Counted from the stretch's first letter, positions 17,616 to 26,760 are shown. The stretch is 64,000 nucleotides of DNA from Gemmatimonadota bacterium (GCA_041691295.1 JBEPVA010000001.1:6008-70007); one strand, 5' to 3'. The notes: generated by a model from the sequence alone, not told the origin. Program-made: numbers and translations.

Positions 17616-18481
17616 CGGCCGGGCTTCCCGGCCTTGAACACCCAACTCAGCATCACCCGGCCGGTGATCGCGTCGGCCGGCGCCGTGTACGCCTCGGCGC
17701 TGATGAGCAGCCGGGGACTCGGCACGAAGCTGAAGCCGCCGTGGGCGGTGAACCGGGTCATGTTTGCCTCGATCTTCGTATTGTCGGTGGTTGAATCGGC
17801 CGTGACGTGACTGACCTGGAACCGCGGCCGGAGGAACGAAATACCGAGGCCCAGGTACGGAATGAAGCGGCCACTGGCCATCGTCCGGGCGACGCTAAAG
17901 TCGCCGCCGAACATCGTCGGCTTGAACTTGTCGTTCGAGACCTGGCTGTTGAAGCACTCGGAATTGGTGGGGCTGGCCACATCACCGGCCGAGCAGGTAA
18001 AGGCCCCTTTGACCGAGCCAAGCACGCCGAACAGCCGCAGGCGGGCCAGCCCGTTCTTGCCGGTCTGGGTGCTGCGACCGATCGCGAAGCTGACCAGATT
18101 CGACTTGACTCCGTTGACCCTGACCGGCGGAATCCAGCTCAGCTCGATGAACAGCCCCCGCTGACCGGACAGCAGCAGCCGGGGCCGGAACAGCACATTT
18201 TCCTGGTTGGTGTTGAGCGGTCCCTGGCCAGGCTGGCAGACGGTGGGGGTTCGACCGGCGGCGTTGAGATCCGGCACGTAGGTGGCCTCGAGCCCGAGTC
18301 GGATGCTGGCCAGCCGGTACGGCGCCGGCGCCTCCGCGGCATCAAAGGCGATCGGCACCATGTAATGGCCGAACAACTTGACCTCGTTCGAATTCTTGGC
18401 CGGTTTGCAGGCGTCTTGTGCCGAGGCGGCAATGGGCCAGGCGGCCGCGCCGACCAGCAGCGCGAGCAGGATCCTTCGCAT
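17612..18481 (-). CDS. secreted hypothetical protein, possible outer-membrane beta-barrel
   Basis: Signal peptide MRRILLALLVGAAAWPIAASAQ. Alternating hydrophobic strands. Family not recognised. Confidence 0.55.
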   Translation of the reverse strand: MRRILLALLVGAAAWPIAASAQDACKPAKNSNEVKLFGHYMVPIAFDAAEAPAPYRLASIRLGLEATYVPDLNAAGRTPTVCQPGQGPLNTNQENVLFRPRLLLSGQRGLFIELSWIPPVRVNGVKSNLVSFAIGRSTQTGKNGLARLRLFGVLGSVKGAFTCSAGDVASPTNSECFNSQVSNDKFKPTMFGGDFSVARTMASGRFIPYLGLGISFLRPRFQVSHVTADSTTDNTKIEANMTRFTAHGGFSFVPSPRLLISAEAYTAPADAITGRVMLSWVFKAGKPGR

Positions 18482-18494
18482 TCGCTCTCCTTGC

Positions 18495-18523
18495 TTGACA
18501 GTGTACGGTGGTACCTCTAACCT
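18495..18523 (+). promoter_or_regulatory. sigma70-like promoter candidate
   Basis: TTGACA (18495-18500), a 17-nt spacer, then TAACCT (18518-18523). It lies ~30 nt upstream of GTG 18555. Confidence 0.35.
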
Positions 18524-18554
18524 GTCACTTCCTTACCATTATTGCGAGAGCCAC

Positions 18555-19355
18555 GTGACCGATCTTGAGCGGCTGTTCCGATTGATGGTGCAGCAGCTCG
18601 CCGCCACCGATCCCGCCCGGCTGCACCGACCCCTGACCGTGGCCGAACTGACCGGTGACGTGGTTCCATACCGCAGCAGCCGCCGGGTGCTGGCCATCGA
18701 GACCGCCGAGGACCACGACGCGCTGCTGCTCCGGTTGCTCTCCGGCGAGGGCAACTTTGTGCACCTGATGCACGACGATGTCCGCCGACGGTTCGAGCTC
18801 GAAGCCAGGAGCGCCAACGCCGAGCTCGACGTGCTCCGCGAGTTCAGCAAGGCCCAGTTCCTGATCACGGCTGAAGCGCTGGCCCGGACCCTGGGAGACG
18901 GCATCATCGTCGCGCCGATCCCCCAGCCACCGGCACCACCGCCAAGACCGCCAGCCCCGCTGCCACCGGCCGCGGCTTTCGTTTCAAGTACCGCAATCAC
19001 TCCCCCAGCCCGGCCCAGCATCCCCAAGCCGGTCATCGGCGCGGTCGTCGACATTCCACTCGACGCCGTCCGGCTTTCGATGCCTGAGCTCGATGACCTT
19101 GTGGCCCGCCATACCAAGCCCCCCACGCCGCCATCACGTCCCAGCCGGCCGGTGGAACGAAACACCCGGCCGGTGGAGCGAATCGTTCCGGCCGCGACCA
19201 GCTGCAGCTATTGCGGTGGCGGCTTGCCTGCAGGACGCGCCGTGCATTTCTGCCCGCACTGCGGCCAGAGCCAGACCGTCACCCTCTGCCCCGGCTGCGG
19301 GTCGGAGGTGGAAATCGGCTGGCGGCACTGCGTGAATTGCGGATCGGCGGTTTGA
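18555..19355 (+). CDS. proline-rich protein with C-terminal double zinc ribbon
   Basis: GTG 18555. Linker PIPQPPAPPPRPPAPLPP. Cys pairs CSYCGG..CPHCG..CPGCG..CVNCG. Confidence 0.65.
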   Translation: MTDLERLFRLMVQQLAATDPARLHRPLTVAELTGDVVPYRSSRRVLAIETAEDHDALLLRLLSGEGNFVHLMHDDVRRRFELEARSANAELDVLREFSKAQFLITAEALARTLGDGIIVAPIPQPPAPPPRPPAPLPPAAAFVSSTAITPPARPSIPKPVIGAVVDIPLDAVRLSMPELDDLVARHTKPPTPPSRPSRPVERNTRPVERIVPAATSCSYCGGGLPAGRAVHFCPHCGQSQTVTLCPGCGSEVEIGWRHCVNCGSAV

Positions 19356-20527
19356 GCAGGGCCTCAGGCGGACAGGCGGACGGGCGGACAGAAACAGCCA
19401 GATCCTACCGTAAGATCGCGGTCATTCCCGGCGACGGGATCGGGCCCGAGGTCATTGGCGCTGCGGTACCCATCATTGCTGCCGCGGCCGATCTGGCCAG
19501 CGCTCGCCTCGATTTCGAATTCCTCCCCTGGTCAGCCGAACACTATCTCCGAACCGGCGAAACACTGCCCGAATCGGGCTTGGTCCATCTCCGCGATGAT
19601 GTCGACGCCATTCTCCTCGGCGCCCTGGGTGATCCGCGGGTGCCGGGCCACGAGCATGCCCGCGACATTCTGCTGAGGCTGCGGCAGCGGCTGGATCTAT
19701 ACGTGAATTTTCGGCCAGTGAAGCTCCTAGCGCCGCAGTTGGCGGCGCTGAGGGGGGGCCCTAAAGGACTTCCTCGCGGCGAGGGCGCCAACAACCGCGC
19801 CCTGATGCCGCTCGGTCGCCGGGGGGCAGCGGGGCAGGAAACCACCGCCATCGACCTGGCAATCTTCCGCGAAAATACCGAGGGCCAGTACGTCGGGCGT
19901 GACCGTGTCGAAAAGGCCGCGACACCTGAGGAACTGCACATTTCAGAGGAGGTCAACTCCATTCGGGGAGTGACCCGCATCATCGAAGCGGCGTTTGACT
20001 GGGCCCGGCTTCACCGCCGCACTCGAGTGACGCTCTGCGACAAGAGCAACGCGATTGCCGCCCAGCGGATCTGGCCCCGAATATTCGAATCGATTGGCTC
20101 GCAATATCCCGCCATCGAGCGCGAGCATCGCTACGTCGATACCCTGGCCATGGAGCTGGTCCAGGACCCTTCACGATTTCAGGTCATCGTCACCACCAAT
20201 CTCTTCGGCGACATTCTGTCCGAGCTGGGCGCCGGCCTGGTAGGAGGGTTGGGCATCGCGGCCAGCGCCAACCTGCATCCGGGGCGGCCGGGACTGTTCG
20301 AACCGGTCCACGGATCGGCGCCGGCGCTGGCCGGCACCGGCAAGGCCAATCCCATAGCGACGATTCTGGCCGGGGCGCTGATGCTGGAAAATCTCGGAAT
20401 CACCGAGGCCGCGGGACGAATTGAAACCGCGGTCGAGCGGGTGCTGAATGACGAAGTGCTGACGCCGGATCTGGGCGGCACCGCGACGACGACGATGGTG
20501 GCAGATTCCATCCTCACGCTTCTCTGA
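19352..20527 (+). CDS. tartrate dehydrogenase / 3-isopropylmalate dehydrogenase family enzyme
   Basis: Motifs KIAVIPGDGIGPEV, DAILLGALGDPRVP, NFRPVK, FRENTEGQY, NLFGDILSELGAGLVGGLG. The only canonical start near the conserved N-terminus is TTG 19352, which makes a TTGA overlap with the upstream stop. Confidence 0.8.
   Translation: MSRASGGQADGRTETARSYRKIAVIPGDGIGPEVIGAAVPIIAAAADLASARLDFEFLPWSAEHYLRTGETLPESGLVHLRDDVDAILLGALGDPRVPGHEHARDILLRLRQRLDLYVNFRPVKLLAPQLAALRGGPKGLPRGEGANNRALMPLGRRGAAGQETTAIDLAIFRENTEGQYVGRDRVEKAATPEELHISEEVNSIRGVTRIIEAAFDWARLHRRTRVTLCDKSNAIAAQRIWPRIFESIGSQYPAIEREHRYVDTLAMELVQDPSRFQVIVTTNLFGDILSELGAGLVGGLGIAASANLHPGRPGLFEPVHGSAPALAGTGKANPIATILAGALMLENLGITEAAGRIETAVERVLNDEVLTPDLGGTATTTMVADSILTLL
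19366..19395 (+). repeat. 8-nt tandem repeat GGCGGACA x3
   Basis: caggcggacaggcggacgggcggacag, 11 nt after the zinc-ribbon gene stop. It would be translated (GGQADGRT) if TTG 19352 is the real start. Confidence 0.6.
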
Positions 20528-20543
20528 TTCTCTCACTGGAACA

Positions 20544-21521
20544 ATGATGAAATTCGCGCTCTTTGTGCTGCTCGGGCTTTCGATGGGCACCCTGGCGGCG
20601 CAGGTGCCGGCCGACAGCACCAGCCCCCCGGCCGACTCGGTCATCCGCCGCAAGGGCGCGACGAACCTTGAGGTGCCGATCCTGGATCACACCTTCAATG
20701 GCGAAGGCGAGTTCGTCCGGTTCAGGATGAGCGGCGGCATTGTGTACCGTGCGGTGGTGGATCGCGAGGATGTGCGCCTCATTGTCGAACCGGTGGAACC
20801 GGAGGGGCCGTCGGTGACGGTGACCGAACTGCAGCGCTTCCACGACGTCAGCGGTGAGCGGCGTTACCTGATCCGGCCGGTCGCTGATGCGGAATATCAG
20901 CTTCGGGTTCCGTTCGTCGGGTCACCGACCGACACGACGACTCGTGGCCTGCCGAACTCCGCTCAGAGCGGTGCCAGCCACTTACGGCTCTATCGCGATG
21001 ACCGGGAAACCGACCGATGGAACGCCACCGGACCGGTGGCCTGGGCTTTCGGCCTGGTGGTCTCCGGCGGCCGAGGCGGGGAATATCCGATTGCCGGTAT
21101 CCCGGCACCCAGTGGTGCATCCAGCGACATCGAGGGCTGCCTGGAGGTGAAGTACGGCCCTGGCTTCGGCGGCTATATCAGTGGATGCGTGCTCGGCATC
21201 AGCCACGAATCCCGGCCAGCCTCCAAAAGCGCCACCTGGGTATTTATCGAACCACGCCTGAGGCTGATCGGCTCCGGCAAGCGCTGGCAGCAGCGGCTTG
21301 ATGCCGGGGTGCTGCTGCGCGCCGGACTGGGCCAGATCGATGGCCTCAATCAGCAGCCCGGTGTGATAGCTCCCGGCGTCTATCTATCCTACCTCCTGAT
21401 CCATCACCAACATTGGCCCCGCCTGGTATTGGAAGGGGCGGTGCGGTACAGCTACGTGGTGCCCAGCGATCAGCCAAGCCAGACCTCGGCCCAGGGCATG
21501 GTCGGACTCGGAATCTTCTGA
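20544..21521 (+). CDS. secreted hypothetical protein, OMP-like C-terminus
   Basis: Signal peptide MMKFALFVLLGLSMGTLAAQ. Ends ..GMVGLGIF with a terminal aromatic residue. Confidence 0.6.
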   Translation: MMKFALFVLLGLSMGTLAAQVPADSTSPPADSVIRRKGATNLEVPILDHTFNGEGEFVRFRMSGGIVYRAVVDREDVRLIVEPVEPEGPSVTVTELQRFHDVSGERRYLIRPVADAEYQLRVPFVGSPTDTTTRGLPNSAQSGASHLRLYRDDRETDRWNATGPVAWAFGLVVSGGRGGEYPIAGIPAPSGASSDIEGCLEVKYGPGFGGYISGCVLGISHESRPASKSATWVFIEPRLRLIGSGKRWQQRLDAGVLLRAGLGQIDGLNQQPGVIAPGVYLSYLLIHHQHWPRLVLEGAVRYSYVVPSDQPSQTSAQGMVGLGIF

Positions 21522-21613
21522 TCGCCAATCCTTGCGCCCCCGCCGTTGGCGGTGAATGATGCGTAAGCCAGCCTGCGGTGCCTCACCGCGCCACCTCGTC
21601 CACCGGTTCCATC

Positions 21614-22402
21614 ATGCAGCAGATCGCCCTGACCCGCCCCGTCAGCCAATCGATCAACCAGTGCGAGTTGAGCTTCATGGCGAGGGACCCGATCGACGTC
21701 GGGCGGGCCCAGCAGCAGCACGACGCCTATAACGCGCAGCTAGTCCGGCTGGGGCTGACGGTGGTGCATCTGCCGGCACTTGACCAGCTCCCCGATGCGG
21801 TGTTCGTGGAAGACACGGCGGTGGTGGTCGACGAAATTGCGGTGGCGGCACACCCCGGCGCCAGGTCCCGTGAGCCGGAGGTCGAAAGCACGGTCGAAGC
21901 TCTCAAGCGCTGGCGGAAGATTGCCCGGCTGCCGGCAGGCGCCACCCTCGACGGCGGCGATGTGCTCCGGATCGGACGCAAGTTTCTCGTCGGTGTCGCC
22001 AAGCGGACCAATCTGGCTGGCGTGGCGGGACTCGGTGCCGCCCTCGCTCCATTCGGCTACACCGTGGCCGCCGTGCCAACCCGCGACTGCCTGCACCTCA
22101 AGACGGCCTGCTCGGCCCTCGATGACCACCGGCTGCTGGTGCACCGGCCATGGGTCGACGTGTCGGCGCTGTCGGGCTACGAACTGATCGACGTTCCGGC
22201 CGGTGAGGCCTGGGCCGCCAATGTCCTGGTGCTCGGACGCGACGTGATCATGCCGCTGGGATTTCCCGAAACCCGGGAACTGCTCGAGCTGCTCGGCTTC
22301 CGGATCCACGCCGTCGACCTGTCTGAACTGCTCAAGGCCGAGTCGGGGGTGACGTGCAGCAGTATCGTCTTCTCGGGGGCCGCCACCGCACCGGTTGCTT
22401 GA
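21614..22402 (+). CDS. dimethylarginine dimethylaminohydrolase-like (amidinotransferase/pentein fold)
   Basis: Motifs FVEDTAVV, LDGGDVLR, HLKTACS, and the C-terminal nucleophile block ESGVTCSSIVF. Confidence 0.8.
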   Translation: MQQIALTRPVSQSINQCELSFMARDPIDVGRAQQQHDAYNAQLVRLGLTVVHLPALDQLPDAVFVEDTAVVVDEIAVAAHPGARSREPEVESTVEALKRWRKIARLPAGATLDGGDVLRIGRKFLVGVAKRTNLAGVAGLGAALAPFGYTVAAVPTRDCLHLKTACSALDDHRLLVHRPWVDVSALSGYELIDVPAGEAWAANVLVLGRDVIMPLGFPETRELLELLGFRIHAVDLSELLKAESGVTCSSIVFSGAATAPVA

Positions 22403-22457
22403 ACCCCCTACTCTCCCGGGCGATATTCCCGGTCCACCCCCGGAGAGTCTCCCGCCG

Positions 22458-23663
22458 ATGAAGACGCAGGGCCAGTCGCAGGATGTCTATTTCCTCTCGG
22501 GAGTCCGAACCGGATTCGGCTCCTTCGGCGGTACCCTCAAGGATCATTCGGCCACCGACCTGGGCGTCATCGCGGCCGGCGGCGCCATCGAGCGCAGCGG
22601 GGCGCCGGCCCAGGCATTCGATCATGTCGTTTTCGGCAACACCCTCCAGACTAGTGCCGACGCCATCTACCTCGCCCGCCACATCGGCCTCAAATCCGGG
22701 CTTCCGGTCGAGACCCCGGCGGTCACCGTGAACCGCCTGTGCGGTTCGGGATTTGAATCGATCATCCAGGGCGCTCAGCAGATCCTGCTCGGCGAATCGA
22801 CTGTCGTGCTGGCAGGCGGCACCGAATCGATGAGCCAGGCGCCTCACGTCCTGCGGGGCGCCCGCTGGGGCCTGCGGCTCGGACCCGCACCGCCGATGGA
22901 AGACCTGTTGTGGGAAGCGCTGCGCGATCCGCAGTGCGGGCTGTCGATGGCGGAGACCGCCGAGAACCTGGCGGACCAGTACAAGCTGAGTCGGAGCGAG
23001 GTGGATGAGGTGGCGCTGTCCAGTCAGCAGCGGGCCCGGGACAGCTGGGCCGCCGGTCATTTCGCGGTTGAGGTCGTGCCAGTCTCCATTCGCAACCGGA
23101 AGACCAAAGCCGACGAGCCCTGGGCCGCCGATGAACACATGCGGCCAGATTCCACTCTGGAAGGTCTTGCGAAGCTGGCGCCCTATTTCAAGAAGGACGG
23201 CGTGGTCACCGCCGGCAACGCATCCGGTATCTGCGATGGCGCCGCCGCGGTCGTACTGGCCGGCGAACAGGCGGTGGCCAAACTCGGACTCAAGCCGATC
23301 GGCCGGCTGGTGGCATGGGCTGTCGTGGGTGTCGATCCGAAATACATGGGTATCGGTCCGGCGCCGGCCGCCCGAAAAGCCCTGGCCAAGGCGGGCATGA
23401 AGCTGGAACAGATGGACCTGGTCGAGATCAACGAGGCCTTTGCGGCCCAGTACCTGGCGGTCGAGCGCGAACTCGGGCTCGATCGCAGCCGCACCAACGT
23501 CGATGGCGGCGCTATTGCCATCGGCCATCCGCTGGGCGCCAGCGGCACCAGGCTCACTCTGCACCTGCTGCACGCGCTCCGGCGGCGCGGCGGTCGATTC
23601 GGGCTGGCCAGCGCCTGTATCGGCGGCGGCCAGGGTGCGGCCGTCATCGTCCAACTGACATGA
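22458..23663 (+). CDS. acetyl-CoA C-acyltransferase (thiolase)
   Basis: Motifs VNRLCGSGFESI, NEAFAAQ, GGAIAIGHPLGASG, CIGGGQG. Confidence 0.9.
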   Translation: MKTQGQSQDVYFLSGVRTGFGSFGGTLKDHSATDLGVIAAGGAIERSGAPAQAFDHVVFGNTLQTSADAIYLARHIGLKSGLPVETPAVTVNRLCGSGFESIIQGAQQILLGESTVVLAGGTESMSQAPHVLRGARWGLRLGPAPPMEDLLWEALRDPQCGLSMAETAENLADQYKLSRSEVDEVALSSQQRARDSWAAGHFAVEVVPVSIRNRKTKADEPWAADEHMRPDSTLEGLAKLAPYFKKDGVVTAGNASGICDGAAAVVLAGEQAVAKLGLKPIGRLVAWAVVGVDPKYMGIGPAPAARKALAKAGMKLEQMDLVEINEAFAAQYLAVERELGLDRSRTNVDGGAIAIGHPLGASGTRLTLHLLHALRRRGGRFGLASACIGGGQGAAVIVQLT

Positions 23664-24508
23664 CCCATCCCCAGGGCGGCTCGGTGCTACCGGCACAGTG
23701 GGACCGCGAGGCGCTCGACCGGATCCTCAAGCGCGCCGCGGAGCTCCAGGCCCATGAGCGGGATACCGGCGAATCGATGACACCGGACGAGGTCCTCAAG
23801 CTGGGCCGCGATGTGGGGATTCCCGGCCAGTATCTCCAGCAGGCCATGCTGGAGGAACGAGTCAGGACCACCGCCGCCACCCCGAACGGAATCCTCGACC
23901 GCTGGGTCGGCGCGGCCGAATGCTCGGCTGGGCGAGTGGTGCGCGGTGAGCCCGCCGTGATCGAGCAGGCCATGGTCGACTGGCTTGAGGCCAATGAACT
24001 GCTGGCCATCGAGCGGCGCCAGCCGGGCCGGATCAGCTGGGAGCCGCTGCGCGGCATGGCCAGCGCCCTGCGCCGTTCCGCCGCCGCACTGGGCCGGACC
24101 CAGCGGCCATTCATGCTGTCCCGGGCCAGCCGAGTCACCGGCGGGGTCATTTCCCTCGAGCCCGGATACTGCCACGTGACCCTGGCGGCGGATCTCGGTC
24201 CGGTACGAAGCGGATACGTCGGGGGCATCGCGGGAATCAGCGCGGCCGGAGTGGCTACCGCGGGCATCCTCACCGTCATGACCCCGTTTCTCGCCATCGC
24301 GCTGGCTCCGATTCCGCTGGTACTCGGACTCGGCTGGATCATCGGACGGCAATACGGCCCGGTGCACGACCGAACCCAGCTCGGCCTCGAGCGGGCGCTC
24401 GACCATCTTGAGCAGCACGGTGGCCTCCAGCGACCGGAGGTCGGCCCCGGCAGGCCGGGAATTGTGGGGATGATTGCGGAGGAACTGAGGAAGGCACTCA
24501 AGCCATGA
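23660..24508 (+). CDS. hypothetical membrane protein
   Basis: ATG 23660 overlaps the thiolase stop (ATGA). Soluble N-domain, then TM helices (GGIAGISAAGVATAGILTVMTPFLAIALAPIPLVLGLGWII). Confidence 0.55.
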   Translation: MTHPQGGSVLPAQWDREALDRILKRAAELQAHERDTGESMTPDEVLKLGRDVGIPGQYLQQAMLEERVRTTAATPNGILDRWVGAAECSAGRVVRGEPAVIEQAMVDWLEANELLAIERRQPGRISWEPLRGMASALRRSAAALGRTQRPFMLSRASRVTGGVISLEPGYCHVTLAADLGPVRSGYVGGIAGISAAGVATAGILTVMTPFLAIALAPIPLVLGLGWIIGRQYGPVHDRTQLGLERALDHLEQHGGLQRPEVGPGRPGIVGMIAEELRKALKP

Positions 24509-24628
24509 AGAGTTGGGAGTTTGGAGGCGGGAGTTGGGAGTTTTCGAGGCAATATAGGACGCCAGACATCCTACTGATTGCTGCGCTTCATTTGCGAGCC
24601 CCTAACTCCACACTCCTGACTCCTAACC
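24509..24628 (+). repeat. gene-less purine arm / pyrimidine arm pair (GAGTTGG family)
   Basis: Arm 24509-24544 reads gagttgg gagtttg gaggcgg gagttgg gagtttt and starts right after the TGA. A 53-nt spacer follows. Arm 24598-24628 reads cctaact ccacact cctgact cctaacc. About 18/25 positions are complementary. Confidence 0.7.
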
Positions 24629-24629
24629 G

Positions 24630-25532
24630 ATGACTGAGGACCGCCCACACGTCGGCATCCTCGGCGCCGGCCTGATGGGCTCAGGCATCGCGCAGGCATG
24701 CGCCGTGGCTGGGTATCAGACCACCGTGCGGGATATTTCCGACGAGCTGCTGGCGCGGGGGCGGGCGGGGATCGTGAAGTCGCTGGGCAAGCTGATCGAG
24801 AAGGGGAAGTTGACCGCGGCCGAGCGGGATGCCGCGCTGGCTCGGCTCAGCTTCACGACCGAACTCTCGGCGCTGGCGGACTCGGGGCTGGTCATCGAAG
24901 CGGTGACCGAAGATCTGGCCGTCAAGAATGAGCTATGGCGGGCACTCGACCGGTTGTGCGGTCCGGAGGCGATCTTCGCCTCCAACACGTCGAGCCTGTC
25001 GATCGCCTCGATGGCGGCGACCACCCGGCGGCCGGATCGATTCGTCGGGCTGCATTTCTTCAATCCAGTCCCGTTGATGCCGCTGGTCGAGGTGGTCCGA
25101 ACCGCCACCACCAGTGACGAGAGCTTTGACCGGGCCATGGCGTTCGGCAGCAGCCTCGACAAGGAGGTCGTGGCGGCCAGGGACACCCCGGGCTTCATCG
25201 TCAACCGGCTGCTGGTGCCCTATCTGCTGGATGCCATGCGCGCCGTTGAACAGGGCACCGCGTCGACCGCCGATATTGATACCGCCATGAAGCTCGGCGC
25301 CGGTCACCCGATGGGGCCGCTCCTCCTGGCCGACCTCGTCGGCCTCGACACCCTGGCCAGGGTCGCCGGGATAATGTTCGCCGAGTATCGGGAAGACCGT
25401 TATGCTCCACCAGCGATACTCGAACGGATGGTCGGGACCGGGATGCTGGGCCGGAAGAGCGGAATGGGATTTTATGACTACGCTACAGATCCGCCCATGC
25501 CCGTCGATCGCAACAAACTGCGTGAGAGGTAA
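24630..25532 (+). CDS. hbd: 3-hydroxybutyryl-CoA dehydrogenase
   Basis: Motifs GILGAGLMGSGIAQ, ASNTSSLSI, HFFNPVPLMPLVEV, PGFIVNRLL. Confidence 0.9.
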   Translation: MTEDRPHVGILGAGLMGSGIAQACAVAGYQTTVRDISDELLARGRAGIVKSLGKLIEKGKLTAAERDAALARLSFTTELSALADSGLVIEAVTEDLAVKNELWRALDRLCGPEAIFASNTSSLSIASMAATTRRPDRFVGLHFFNPVPLMPLVEVVRTATTSDESFDRAMAFGSSLDKEVVAARDTPGFIVNRLLVPYLLDAMRAVEQGTASTADIDTAMKLGAGHPMGPLLLADLVGLDTLARVAGIMFAEYREDRYAPPAILERMVGTGMLGRKSGMGFYDYATDPPMPVDRNKLRER

Positions 25533-25610
25533 GAAGTGAGAGGTGAGAGGGCACTGAGATGAGCCTCCTTTTACCTGTTACCTCTCACCTGTCACCCCTC
25601 ACCTCAACCC
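25521..25610 (+). repeat. gene-less purine arm / pyrimidine arm pair (GTGAGAG family) overlapping the hbd stop
   Basis: Purine arm: cgtgaga ggtaaga agtgaga ggtgaga ggg. Pyrimidine arm: ttacctg ttacctc tcacctg tcacccc tcacctc. Positions 25522-25539 pair with 25571-25588 at 15/18. Confidence 0.75.
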
Positions 25611-25622
25611 GACTCGCACCCC

Positions 25623-26222
25623 ATGCTGCTCCTCCACGGCGATCACCCCTCCGGCTTCTCGATCTTCGGCTACGACCTGCCCCGACTCCATGCGGCGATC
25701 AACGACCTGCCCCCGGCCCTGCTGCTGGCCGCGCTGATCCTGGAGCTGCTCTACCTGCTGCGTCACCGCGAGTCGTTCCGCTCGGCCTCATACTGGACCC
25801 TGATCTTCGGCACCATCGGCACGGCGCTGGCCGTGGGATCGGGACTGCTGGCGGAAGATGCCGCGGCGCATTCCGGTGAGGCTCACGAGCTGATGGAAGT
25901 CCACAAGACGTGGGCCCTGGTCTCGCTGGGGCTGTTCGTGGTGCTGGCCGGATGGCGGATCTGGCGGGAACGGGTCATGGCCCGCGCCGAACGGTGGGGA
26001 GCGCTGGTGGCTACGCTGTTCGCCTTTTCGATTCTGGCCCGGACCGCCGCCCACGGCGGCGAGCTGGTGTTCGGCCACGCCACCGGAATCAGCAGCGACG
26101 TCCTCAAGGACGAGCTCGACGACCGGGCCAAGGGACCACACGATGCAAATGGCATGATCATGGGCGGCGAGCACGACGACCATGCCGATTCGGCCGTAGC
26201 CCACGAGCATGATTCACATTAG
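25623..26222 (+). CDS. DUF2231-like membrane protein
   Basis: 199 aa with 4 TM helices. The GGELVFGHATG block is typical of the family. His-rich tail. Confidence 0.6.
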   Translation: MLLLHGDHPSGFSIFGYDLPRLHAAINDLPPALLLAALILELLYLLRHRESFRSASYWTLIFGTIGTALAVGSGLLAEDAAAHSGEAHELMEVHKTWALVSLGLFVVLAGWRIWRERVMARAERWGALVATLFAFSILARTAAHGGELVFGHATGISSDVLKDELDDRAKGPHDANGMIMGGEHDDHADSAVAHEHDSH

Positions 26223-26733
26223 CACGAGGTGGCGGGTGCTGGGGCTGGTGGCACTCGGCGCCTGTGCGCCGGGTTCAACCAGGCCGCCGTTCAATCCGTC
26301 GCCGGCGTCGCCGTCGATCGAGCTGGGGTTGGTGCGGGCCGATGCGATTGGAAAGGTGGCCGACGCGCTCAAGGCCGACAGCATTCCGCTGGAACGGGTC
26401 GAGACCCGTGATGCCTGGCTCGAAACGCCCTGGTTCAACCAGGCCACCAACAAGCCGGAGGGAAAGCGGGCAGCCGGCTACAACGCCGTCCGGATTCGGG
26501 CCTGGGCCGAGCCGGGCCGGGCACTGCATAGCGAAGTGATCATCGAGGCCGTCTACAAGCCGGCCGCCGATCCTTCAGTGCCCGGGCGTTCGCTCGAGCG
26601 GCTCCTGCCAGCGAGTCATCCCATGGCCGTCCGTCTGGCCGCGATCGTGAAGGAACTGGTCAAGACCTACGGGGATCCGACGGCGGCGGACAGCACGGCG
26701 CCGGGGCTTCCGAGTCGCAAGCCGAAAACTTAG
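26209..26733 (+). CDS. hypothetical lipoprotein
   Basis: Leader ..VLGLVALGAC with a lipobox. No family recognised. Confidence 0.55.
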   Translation: MIHISTRWRVLGLVALGACAPGSTRPPFNPSPASPSIELGLVRADAIGKVADALKADSIPLERVETRDAWLETPWFNQATNKPEGKRAAGYNAVRIRAWAEPGRALHSEVIIEAVYKPAADPSVPGRSLERLLPASHPMAVRLAAIVKELVKTYGDPTAADSTAPGLPSRKPKT

Positions 26734-26760
26734 GAGAGAGGAAAGCAGAGAGGAAAACCT
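26734..26760 (+). repeat. purine-rich heptamer-like tract directly after a stop codon
   Basis: TAG then gagagag gaaagca gagagga aaacc. Confidence 0.5.
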
